Assembly (NCBI RefSeq): GCF_023055435.1 | Contig: NW_025964223.1 | Span: 41,044,001-41,108,000 of the forward strand | DNA: 64,000 nt | Source: Haliotis rufescens | Taxonomy: Eukaryota | Reading direction: 5' to 3' | Part shown: piece by piece, positions 52,482 through 64,000 of the stretch | Position numbering within the stretch: the stretch's first letter is position 1 | Layout: the number at the start of each line of letters is the position of its first letter | Program-made: the position numbers and the translations under genes | The notes under the pieces: generated by a model | Seen by the model: only the letters and a program-made list of their open reading frames with translations | What the model was told of the DNA's origin: nothing | The model's database searches: none

Positions 52482-55400
52482 CTAGGCGTTAATGTATGGA
52501 TCATCTCCACTGACCGAGTTGACGTAGGAAGGCCCTTCACTTCTGTTTATGTGACCGTAGCTATGCTCGTCACCGTCTTCACTTGCATTACGTTGTATTA
52601 CATTGTAGATATTTCTTTCAACATCATGGCTGAGGCCAGAATATGTGTTGGTGGTGCCACTGGTGGGAATATGGTCATCTTCTCCCTGGGATCTATTAGG
52701 GATGCTCTGCACACAATAACGAACTGACGTTTCAGGATTAGATGAATTACCGTGCGAGGTCCTGGATAGCTTGTTTACCATGCTGCAGCAATAGACGTTT
52801 TGCATATGATCATTGTATAATATTTACAAGGTTGCATATTGACTTCATAGCCAAGTGCCATAATATCACACGTATAAATCAAACAGTTTGATGTACTTAC
52901 ATATATATGATCAGCGGCACGATGACGAGACCCATGATACCACACACCACTGCTAAGGGTAAAACAATACTTCCATTGTCTGAAACGAGATACATGAAGT
53001 CATTAACGTGAAGATTTCTGCTTTTGTCTGTGCCATCATTGCACAACTTTGGCTTACAAACATACGAGCGCGTGTGTGTATACACACACACGTGCATGCA
53101 CACTCTTAACCGAAATTATTTCAATATTTCGTATAGCAATGTCATTGGTTGTCGTTATTACATGTACATATAGATACCTGTGTGTGTTGATGACAGGGCT
53201 GTAGAGGTCAGGGATTTCATTGTGTCGGTTGATCCCGGAGCAGTAGTATAGGTAGTTCTTTCAGACAGTGTAGTGATGCCGTTGGATATCCGTAGCGTTG
53301 TCGCTATTGATGTAGTTAGTGAATCTGTATGGTAAATGAAACACAATGAGTGATTTCCTCTGTGGTTAGTATGCATAGCCGTCGTAGGGATTCCGGAAAG
53401 GAATACACGAGGTTCCCAGAAACCGTGGCTGGTCTTAAGAGGCGTCCAAATGGATCGGGGTGGTTAGGCCCGGTGACTTGGTTGATTGTGTATCTACGTA
53501 CCCTGATGGCGTGGATCGTTGCTCACAAATAACAATCACTGGATTGTCTGGTCCAGTTTCGATCACTTACAAACCGCCATCGTATAGCTGCAATAATAGT
53601 GCTTCAAACAAACACACACAGAGCAAATGAAACTATTTTTTCGACCTCTTACAAAACAGGAACAATAGATAGGGATAGAAGTCCAGCTCTCGTCACTAAT
53701 TAAACATGGGACAAGTCATTTCATTCATTCAGGCTCTCTGATCACACCTTCTGGAGTAGTGCTGTAATGATGTTTTAACGTATTCTACAGGACAGTGTGT
53801 GTAAGCTATTACATGTTCTAGTAATTAGAAACAGACAAAAAAAACTCAAGGTAATAAGACTGTTGCCATCGGCCACATTAGTCTTCTCAAATGCGTGTCA
53901 TCATAAATGTTCATACTCATACCCACACAAATATAATGGCTATCCAACTGATCACCGTTGAGCAGGGTCATGAAACATCGTCATCAGGTGACACTCACCC
54001 ATAGATGTCAAAGGTGTACTTGTTGTTGTGGCTGCAGTGGTCAGTGTGTCCAAAGTACTTGGACTTGTTGTACCTTGTGAACGTGATGGCGCCTGTGGCG
54101 TGGGTACTGGGGTGGTTGATGCATCCAATGGTTGTCGCCTGGAAGTTATGTTCATTTGGCCTGAAGCTGTGAACAAAAATTTGTGTAGCAGTCTCTAGGT
54201 CCGAGTTCCATGTTGATTTGAAATAAGTGATGCGACTTCTGGACACGGGGGAAACTAGCTGACCATAGAGTCGTAGGTCATTTATTTACTGAGGAACTTG
54301 TTACCATACAAATAACTGTGAATACAGTCCAATATATGTTGAAACCTACTGCACGCCAGTGAATTCATCATATTTTCTTAGTATATTACGGAAAATTGTT
54401 AAAAGATGGTTTCTCTTCATTATGGCTACACTGTACTTTTCTTTTGATGGAACCAGCAGTTCTGGAGAGGATGTCACTATTGTATTTTTCAATATAATAC
54501 ATTGAACAAATCAGAAACTATGTATGTTTTATTGTCAGAATAGATTGGTTCATGAAAGGAACTTTACCATTAAATTGATGGCACTGGACTGACTGAAGGT
54601 AGATTGAAATAATTACATGTTTTCTCGGAAAGCGTGGCAAAATTCAAATCAAGACCGGCGTCAGATTCTATTTGTAAATTTATTGATCAATTGATGGTTA
54701 TCATATAAGGAGACACGTCAAAAGATAAAATTGATTTATACACTCATACATACCATCAACACGTATCCATACATATGACCCATTCTGATCATGGTTGTCG
54801 TAGACTATTACTATTTCGGCAGCTGTTCCCGGCAACACCCTGTTGTATTGGTCCAAGTTGAAGCTTATCCAGAGTTGTTTCCCGTCACCTGAGATAATAA
54901 GCAACCCTGCCTTCATCCGCTCGTCTACCAATGTTACTCGTAAATTCTGCCCTGTGATCCTAACAACACAGCTGCCGTTCACACCGACACTGCTAGGGAA
55001 GCCAGGGGAATGGAGGTACACCGACCCGTTTACTGACAGTGTTGTGCTGACTGAACCACAGATATCCATACTACCTGAAACACAATGCATATTACAAGTA
55101 GAACAACTTATAAGTTGGGATTGAAATAAGTGACATATTGTATCATAACAGGTCACATCAAGCAAATTGCTCCCATGTATTCTTGATTTTGTTTTGACGC
55201 ACGGTTGATCAAGGCTGAAATGAAGCTGAAACTCAAGAACAATCACTCATGAATCACTGGAAATGGTGTAGCATTATTACCAAGGTGACACTAAGGTCAT
55301 GATGCAGGGGACAGTTGACAGTTGTAGTTCTAGTCAGTTGGCATGAGCGTCTAGTCATGCCCTAGTCAGGAGGTTTAATCAGTTTGCAGTATCCTTTGGG

Positions 55401-55547
55401 TGTTAATTACAAAACATTTACTATAAATTAATGGCAATGGTGGTGAAAGTTGTTATGAAAGCAGTCCAGTATTCGTACACGCTTGTTGTTTTGTTATGTC
55501 ATCAATCACAAACAGACGTCGGTGCAATTAAACACTTACTAAGTAAG

Positions 55548-55594
<47 letters not shown>

Positions 55595-58366
55595 CTGTGT
55601 AAGTTTCTGTAAAGTGATGCCTGTTACCACATTTGTATCTCATACGTACATGTAACTATGGAAGAAACTAGAATTGTGATGATGCGAAATAATCAACACA
55701 CGATAAGTTCGATATTGTCCCATGTGATCACTTAATTTTTATATCCTAAAAGCCTGACACGATGGATGTTTTAAATATAATTACATTTTTGCCTCAATCA
55801 GTTGTGAAATCGTGGTGGTAGCCTCAAGGAACTACACGCTCACCTCCAGATGTGAAGTCATGGACGACGTTTTCGATCCGATACAATCCAGACATGCATA
55901 ACCAGTAACAGTTAAAATTATCGCATCGTGCTTGATACGTTGAACCGCGAATCCTTGATAACACAGGTGTTAATTCTCTACAGAAAATATACACTTGTTT
56001 GTTCCGTTTACTGACTTGCAATACATGTGCGTGTTCTGTATGTCAGTTACATGTCGTCATGTTCCGATCTCCAAGCAGACACTCCATCCACGAGACCATG
56101 GAGCTAGTCCATCATAAGGCTCATCAGTAAGTCTTGCAATGACATCAACAGGCTAACATACCATGTTAGTCTTACATTATTCCTGCAGTGTCTCGCAGCA
56201 AAATTAACAAGTTATCAGATGTATGTTTGTTTGTTGTTTAACGCCGCACCCAAGATCAGCAATATTATATTTAAATGACGGCGAACTGCAAATAGTTTGG
56301 GACAGACAATCCAATGATTTACATCGTAAGAATCGGACAATGCAATTGAGATACGATGGCCTAAAATCAACCAAGTCACTGATTTGTAAGCCTGGCCACT
56401 TGATCCTGTTAGTCACCGCTTAATTGCTGAAGACCAATTCTAATGATGATAGGTTCTTAGGATGCGACTGGATCAACCGTATGCCCCTATTATAATATGA
56501 TATATTATAAGACATCAGGCTAGAGGTTGCCAAAACAACAATGCACGTCATCACCCTTATATGTCGTTATACGTTTACGCACTATGATTAATCTTATATT
56601 AATCTCACTTACACTCTGTCGCATCAGACTGTATAATAGAGCCAAGTAGTATTTTTTTCTGATTTTAATCAAACCTAAATGTAACACATATATTTGTAAA
56701 ATATGTTGACAAAAATATTTTTGTGCATTATGCCAAAGCATGGTGTGCGCAGGAATGCACTGTATCCGATAATCTGGAAACGCTAAATAATGTTCCAGCT
56801 TTACAACATCCTGTACATTACGGAATCTTGATCGGGCAAACCAGTGCACGATAACACGAGCAACGTGCCAAGATGTAGAGTAGGATGACAGTTTGTTAGA
56901 CAGAACAACACTTTGTAACCATCCTATCATTGCGATTTGTATGGGTGTTAGTGTGTTCTACTCCAGGAACCACCATGCAGGAAAATACATGCTTCAATGA
57001 ATGTATTGTGCGATGTGCAGACAATAACAAGACTTGCATTTATGCATTTATGACTATTGGGTTTATATCTAAAATCATGCATGTGGGTTTAATTGAATCA
57101 GAAAGTGATATTACTGAAAACAACGCATGTTGATTGCGTCGAGCAAGAACTAAACGAAGTGTCACCTATGATACAGCTGTAGTTTACTTCAGCAGCATCT
57201 GTGAAGTTACAGTTTGTTTGGGGTGTTGCGGACATGACTTCACGGCACGACTGTTTCCCATTACAGTTGACGATCAGGCCAGTTTGGCTGCTGTTGTGAA
57301 CCTTACTACACGACTCTGTTGATTTCAGACGACATGTCGCGGCGTCTCCATCCCCATACGCCTCTTGCTCGACATGTATCCATTCACCGGCAGAACACTG
57401 AAGCTGTATTGTGAAGGTTCCCCACAACCCCTCTATACATCTGTTCCCAGTTCTGGTGTCACCTTTGAATATAAAGTAACTCGTTCACTGTCAAATATAC
57501 TTCTCTAAATATTATCGAAAGGTTTTTACGTCAGCCTCAGGTACATACCACATTGAAACAAAAATGCTAGCGGCAATCAACATTGATCTGGAAGTGACAG
57601 GTGCATGAATGTAGTTATGACAATTGTCAATGTAATACTGTGTGTCGAAAATGAGACACTACAGAGGAAATCATGATGTTTGATTATGTAACTGTTGAGT
57701 CGTTCATTATCGCATTCCATTTATCACTAGACATTACGTGTATTTATGTATTTTGCTGACAACTAAATTATACAAACGAATCCCGTGACATTTTACATAA
57801 GTGGTGTCATGACTGACATTTCTTCATCTTAGTCTGATATAGGCTATTGAATCAATATTGTAGTAATGGTCTCAAATCTATCAGAAATTGTATTGCGTAA
57901 ATAAAATTATTGATGCGAATTTCAATATCTGATAGACTGTTTTGAGATACATGTAACTTTATGCTGTTTGATACCACCTTATGTTTCCTTGACAAATCGT
58001 CTAGCAACACTAGAAAGTGTAAATGCATGTGCGCTGTTACATTCAGTGACATCAGGGGAGTTGAACATTTAAGCTGTTGTGTTTTTGCATGTGTGTACTT
58101 TTAGTCACAACAAATCACAAGTACCAAGATCAAATGTCAACCATTGTCGCAATTTCCCGATTTCACTCAAAGATTAGTAAGCAAACACGTCCGGGAGTGA
58201 CACTTTTAACATATTGAACTCTGATGAAAATGCAGTTGCCAACACGAACAATCTTGGTACACGTACTGAAGTTCACAAACCAATGGAAAGTCTATCTGCC
58301 TATTTACTCACCGTGTGCAGCCAATAAGAAATACACAGAAGCCATAAACACTCTTTCAGTATGCAT
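52482..58366 (-). CDS. Receptor copy D: paralogue (or allele) of B, ~455 aa
   Basis: Exons 58366-58312, 57462-57166, 55074-54754, 54166-53999, 53324-53178, 52979-52901, 52782-52482 sum to 1368 nt, open and in phase. Introns are collinear with B. Confidence 0.85.
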
Positions 58367-60482
58367 AGTTGTTAAATGTCAGTCATCAGAAGCACACAGC
58401 ATCTTTTCTGTATGTCCGCGGATACACAACAGGTCGACTCTATTCAGGCATTACATGTCGTAAAACGGTTGTGTTCCTATTCTGTATGTAGCAAGTCCCC
58501 TCTCGGAAAGTCCCGCACCTTGAATCACAGACAATGTAAACAGCTTCACTTCTGAACACTTCAAACCTGTTAGCACGTAATCACTATATATATATACACA
58601 TACTAAGTATATATACAAGGAAACATGTCCAAACTCTGTTCAGAACAGCCTCCGATAATATAACACATGAAAACTACAAGTGTGTATGATTATTTTCCGT
58701 ATATATATATAATCGTCCCGTATTGTGCTACTGGGGGCACGTCTGAATAGAGTACTGACACACATCTACGTAAACATTCATATGACCAGTGTTATATTAT
58801 CGGCGGCATTCTGTGGGCAATTGTCCTGGGGCAGAAGACCAGCCGTCGGTAACCTCTGAATCAGAACATTCGATCTCTACCTTATCGAACCAATATCTGA
58901 CGATATGATTAACCATTGGCGATTGATATGTGCTGCTTAAAACATTTACGCCATTTTGAAATTATTATAATAAAATTCATTGATTCAAAATGTCCTTTTA
59001 TACGACATATATATGTCGCAAATGTTAGACATACATTAATGTGGTGACATGACCGTTGGGTTCCTTGTAAACAATCCTTAACATTTAAGTTTAATTTCCT
59101 GGATTTCCGTAAAATTATGACCGTGTGTTTCTCATTTCTTTTACTGTCAAGGTATCGTGTCCAAGTATACAAAACGAGTGGAACAAGATAATGCTGACTT
59201 TCTGACAAATGTTGCTCAAGTTACGATATTCAATGCAACATTGACATTACACACATTGTAACATTTACAGGAAAAGCACGAAACTCCACAAAGAGAAAGT
59301 TCGTAACAAATAGCATGATCGCATGAATAGTATCACTCATCAAGGTGTTATCATAACAGGAAAATGTTTGCTATGTATTTACATATTAATATAAACGTGA
59401 CTTCAGGAAAAGTATTGCTTTATGTCATAGTTATTTATCCACACATGTTGTTGTTATCGCGCTTGTACACCACGTCTGCATGCCGGCATCTGATATCAGT
59501 TTAGCAGTCTTTATTTCGTAAATAACGAATTCTAAATCTGGTCACAAATCATTTACATGGACGCGACTTTGTGAATTATGTAGTTAGTTTCTCTCATCAG
59601 CATGAGTACAGCTAAAACCACGAGCCCCCGGTGTCTAATCGTTCATATTGTCAGTTAGACCCCGAGATTATGGGTCCGAGTGGCCTTACCTTCAAACACT
59701 TAATCAATGTCCTTTAAACATTCTGTTGATGACCCTCTTCCAAACGATGCACATTTAAAACCTCTTTGTTTGACAACCAACGTTCGTTCAATGAAGAGAT
59801 TGAAAAATATACAAAACACAAATACTACCATTTATAAACGGATAAAATATTTGTCATGGTGACAGTGAAAATACTTATATATAGCTTTCATAGAATGTCG
59901 GAGACAAAAATGATGTCCCATGCAATTCTCTATTTTGACTTGTACCTTTAAGTTCCCGTGTTCTGATAGACGGCGGGATACGCCTCCCTTTTCGAGAACA
60001 CCTGGTATCCTCACTGCTTGAAAGTGATTCAAAAACCCATGCCTATGATGTAGTCGGAATCGCACAAAAGTAGACTTTTAGTACAGATTTGTAAGGGTTG
60101 TTTTTATGTCTGTGTTTATATCAGCTGATGGCGCATAAAACACACGTTTTAAATCATATAAACTGGTGACATAAAACAATACACATTTCATCATCGAGAC
60201 ATATCTGTTTCGTGTGAAAGCAATGACACATTAGAATATACTTACAATTGAGACCTATCTAACGTTACGACATGTAGTTGAAAGATCAATAATTGATGAT
60301 GAACAAAGATGATACACAGGAAAATGAAAATTGTATTTTGAAAGGAGTGCAAAAAACACAAAACCACATATGTTCAAAGCTTAGAGTGTTAATAATTCAT
60401 AACAAAGAAGATGTGTAATGTGTATAATATGGAAAATGGAACATATATTCAAAGTTAAGAGAAATAAATAACAAAATAAGGT

Positions 60483-63400
60483 TTATTTGTTATACTTTAT
60501 ATGTACATATTCCCCCTTATAAAGAAGACTGGCTGATCTCAAAGTGATTATAGAGCTACAAGAGCCTAAAGCACAAGCTTGTGTGCTGTCTCTAGGTGTT
60601 AACATATGGACCAACTCCACTTCCAGAGTTAACATAGGAAGGTTCTTGTCTACTGGTAATGCGACCGTAGCTATGTTCGTCACCATCGTCACTGGCATTA
60701 CGTTGCATTCCATCGTAGACATTCGTCTCATTGTAATGGCTGAGGCCAGAATATGTGTTGGTGGTGCCACTGGTGCCACTGATGGGAGTAAGGTCATTTG
60801 TCCCTGGGATCCACTGGGGATGGTTTGCATACCAAGATGAGTTGACGTTTCAGTATAATTAGATGTGTCACCGTGCATATCCGTCCTGGATAGCTTGTTT
60901 ACCATGCTGCAGGGACAAACGTTTAGTGTACTGTTATTGTATAATTTTCACTATCATAAGGTTATATTTTGACTTCTCTCGAAGTGTCATATAGTTTCTC
61001 ATGAAACAGTTACTTACATATATATGATGAGCGCCATGCCCACTATGATGAGAACCAGGACACCACACACCACTGCTAAGGGTAACACAATACTTCCATT
61101 GTCTGAAACGGAATACGTGAAGACTTTAACTTGAAGATTTATACTGGTCTCTCTGCGTTACATGCGCAACACGGACTTACACGCACACTTACTCACAATT
61201 ATTTTAATATTTCTCGTAAAACAATGTCATTGGTTGCCGTTATTGCATGTACATATAGATAGCTGTGTCAGAGAATCATATAACCAGTTTCAAGGCCTGT
61301 TATTTATATGTTCATAGAACGTCAGATCAAACACGAACAATTAAAAAACTAGGGACATAACTGGTTGGATGCGAAATTGTTGTTTGTTGTTTCAAGCCGT
61401 ATTACGCCGTATTTCACTCTGTCAGCTATATGACGGCGGTCTGTAAATAATCGAGTCTGGACCAGATAGCCCAGTGATTGACATCATGCGTATCAATTCA
61501 CGCTATTGGGATACGATGTCATGCATCAACCAAGTCAGCGAGCCTGACCACTCCATCCCGTTAGTCGCCTCTTACGACAAACATAGTCGCCTTTTACTAA
61601 AGCATGGAAGTACTATAAACAACTGTATTATCAGAAATATACACGCATCTATTCTAGAGTTCTAGATTCAATAACAGATGTGATGATAAACACAAGTAAA
61701 GATGTATTAGAATTATATATAGACATAACGCATGAAGAGGATGTAACAGATATTCAGGTATGCAAAGTGGAAAGGCTCCAGGCTTCAGTGGTATAGCTAT
61801 AGAATTCTTTAAATATGCACCAAAGGTATGCATATCCAAAATAGTGGTCATTTGGGGGTTAATTTGCCTCTTCACAAGAAAGGTGTTGTTAATAAACCTG
61901 AGAACTATAGGCCAATAACCTTGTTAGAAGTATCAAAGTTTGTATTTCTTGCTATGAAAATGCGATGTAAACAACTAAGTTTACTGTAAAGAGCAAAATG
62001 GCGCTATTACGAAACAAACATCAATGTATCATCAATGCATGTCATCACAAATGACATACTCATACCCACATTCAGTCAGGCTCTCTGATCAGACCTTCTG
62101 GAGAAGTGCTGTACTGATGTTTTAACGTATTCTACAGGACAGTCTATTTAAACTATTACATGTTCTAGTAATTAGATACAGACAGGAAAACTCAAGGTAA
62201 TAACACTGTTGCCATCGACCATACTAGTCTTCTCAAATGCGTGTCATCACAAACGTTCATACTCATACCCACACAAATATAATGATAATCAAACTGAACA
62301 CCGTTGACCGGGGTCATGAAACATCGTCATCAAGTGACACTCACCTTGTGTACCTTGTGGACCTTGTGGACCTTGTGTACTTTGTGTACCTTGTGGACCT
62401 TGTGAACGTGATGGCGCCTGTGTTGGCGTGGGTGAAGGGGTGGTTGATGCATCCCATGTTTGTCTCTTGAAAGTTATGTTCATTTGACCTGAAGCTGTGA
62501 ACAATCATTTCTGTTCATACTCATGCAGGTAATGACACCACAATAATATGTTAAATTATATTATTCTTGCATGTTCATATATGTTCTAGTAATTAGATAT
62601 CAGTATGAAAACTCAAGGAAATAACACTGTAGCCAGTAACCACACTTGTCAAATTCATGTTATCACAAACGTTCATACTCATACCCACATAAATATAATG
62701 GTAATCCAACTGATCACCGTTGACCAGGGTCATGAAACATCGTTATCAGGTGACGCTCACCCATAGAAGTCAAAGGCGTAGTTGCTGTTGCTGCAGTGAT
62801 CGTCAGTGTGTCCAAAGTACTCGGTCTGGTTGTACCTTGTGAACGTGATGGCTGCTGTGTTGGCGTGGGTGATAGGGTGGTTGATACATCCAATGTTTGT
62901 CGCCTAGAAGTTATGTTCATTTGACCTGAAGCTGTGAACAATCATTTCTGTAGCAGTCTCTAGGTTCGAGTTCCATATTGATCTTAAAAAGGTGATGCGA
63001 CTCCTGGGCATTGGGGGAAAGTAGATGACCATTGGGCCGTAGGTAATTTAATCAGTTTTTGAGGAACTTGTTACCATACGATGAACTGTGAATACAGTAA
63101 AATATATGCTGAAACCTAATCCATACCAGTCACGTCAAATGTCATCAAATTAGATGTTTGTGGCTTCACTGCACCTTTCTTTTGATTGAACCAACATGTC
63201 TGGAGAGGCGGTCGCAATTGTATTTTTCAATATAATACATTGAACAAATCAGAAGCTTTATTTATTTTACTGTCAGGATAGATTGGTTCATGAAAGGAAC
63301 TTCATCAATAAAAGGGATCACACTAGACTGACTGAAGGTAGATTGTAATAATTATATATATTTTCTCGGAAAGCGAGGCAAAATTCAATTCACGATCGGC

Positions 63401-63814
63401 ATCAGATTCGATTTGCTAATTGATTGATAAATTGATAGTTATCAATCAGGAGACACGTCAAAAGATAAATTTGATTTATAACCTCACACATACCATCAAC
63501 ACATATCCATAGATTTGCACCAGCCTGATCATGGTTGTCATAGACTATTACTACTTCTGCAGCTGTTCCAGGTAATACCCTGTTGTATTGGGACACGTAC
63601 ACGCTTTCCCAGAGTTGTTTCCCGTCACCTGAGATGTTAACTAGCCCTTGTCTCATCCGCTCTTCTACCAATGTTACTCGTATACCCATTCCTTTGATCC
63701 TGACAGCACAGCGTCTGTTCACAGCGACACTGTTAGGGTAGCTCGGGGAATTGAGGTACAAGGACGCCCCTACTGTTGTTCTGACAGTACCTAAACTACA
63801 CATATTCATACTAC
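60483..63814 (-). CDS. Receptor copy E (5' end beyond window): paralogue of C with a duplicated stalk exon and a frameshifted tail
   Basis: Exons 63814-63494 (CUB-like), 62931-62761 and 62494-62345 (two stalk-1 copies), 61102-61018 (TM, +6 nt in frame), 60906-60483 (tail). A 1-nt deletion near 60798 relative to C shifts the tail frame. May be a pseudogene. Confidence 0.7.
61660..62020 (+). mobile_element. Non-LTR RT fragment, duplicate in copy E
   Basis: Collinear with 30200-30560 (GKAPGFSGIAIEFFK, KPENYRPITLL). Confidence 0.8.
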
Positions 63815-64000
63815 CTGAAACACAATGTATATAACATGTTGAACAATGTATATCTTTTGATTCAAATTAGCGACATATTGTATGGTTCATATCAAACAAA
63901 TTGCTCTCACACAAACGTGAATTTGTGCTCGCGTCCATTTGATCAAGGCAGAAATGAACTTGAAGCTCAAATCAAGAACCAACATTCATACATGTAAATG

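Larger units (their letters stand above)
49790..64000. repeat. Segmental duplicate of ~16830-31900 (gene pair B-C), with a downstream flank matching ~2900-4540
   Basis: Long collinear intron and intergenic identity, including shared Tc1, LINE and SINE insertions. Confidence 0.9.

Overview
AT-rich, intron-containing animal genomic DNA with four N-gaps. The SINE complement resembles, from memory, that of a gastropod such as abalone (Haliotis); this is an inference. The window is dominated by a minus-strand tandem family of multi-exon single-pass membrane receptors that the ORF track shows only as fragments. Hand-splicing at GT/AG sites gives: signal peptide, 8-Cys SUEL/rhamnose-binding-lectin-fold domain, CUB-like domain, Thr/Ser/Pro-rich stalk, TM helix, and a cytoplasmic tail with an ITAM-spaced YxxL-x8-YxxI pair plus further Tyr motifs. 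There are five copies and one relic: A 4929-11468 (frameshifted, chimeric), B 18757-25186, C 29090-34437, D 52482-58366, E 60483->64000 (partial, tail frameshifted) and relic F at about 14860-15375. D-E is a diverged duplicate (or second haplotype) of B-C. The copies show much more ectodomain than tail divergence, stalk-exon loss and duplication, and recombination. The 35-49 kb block between the two pairs holds an orphan CYP3-like exon, a broken two-WAP-domain gene and an apparently intact gene for an uncharacterised ~290-aa protein. Mobile DNA: a DIRS/Ngaro-type retrotransposon fragment, decayed Tc1-like elements, a foldback MITE with a 6-bp TSD, LINE RT scraps and three SINE-like families.
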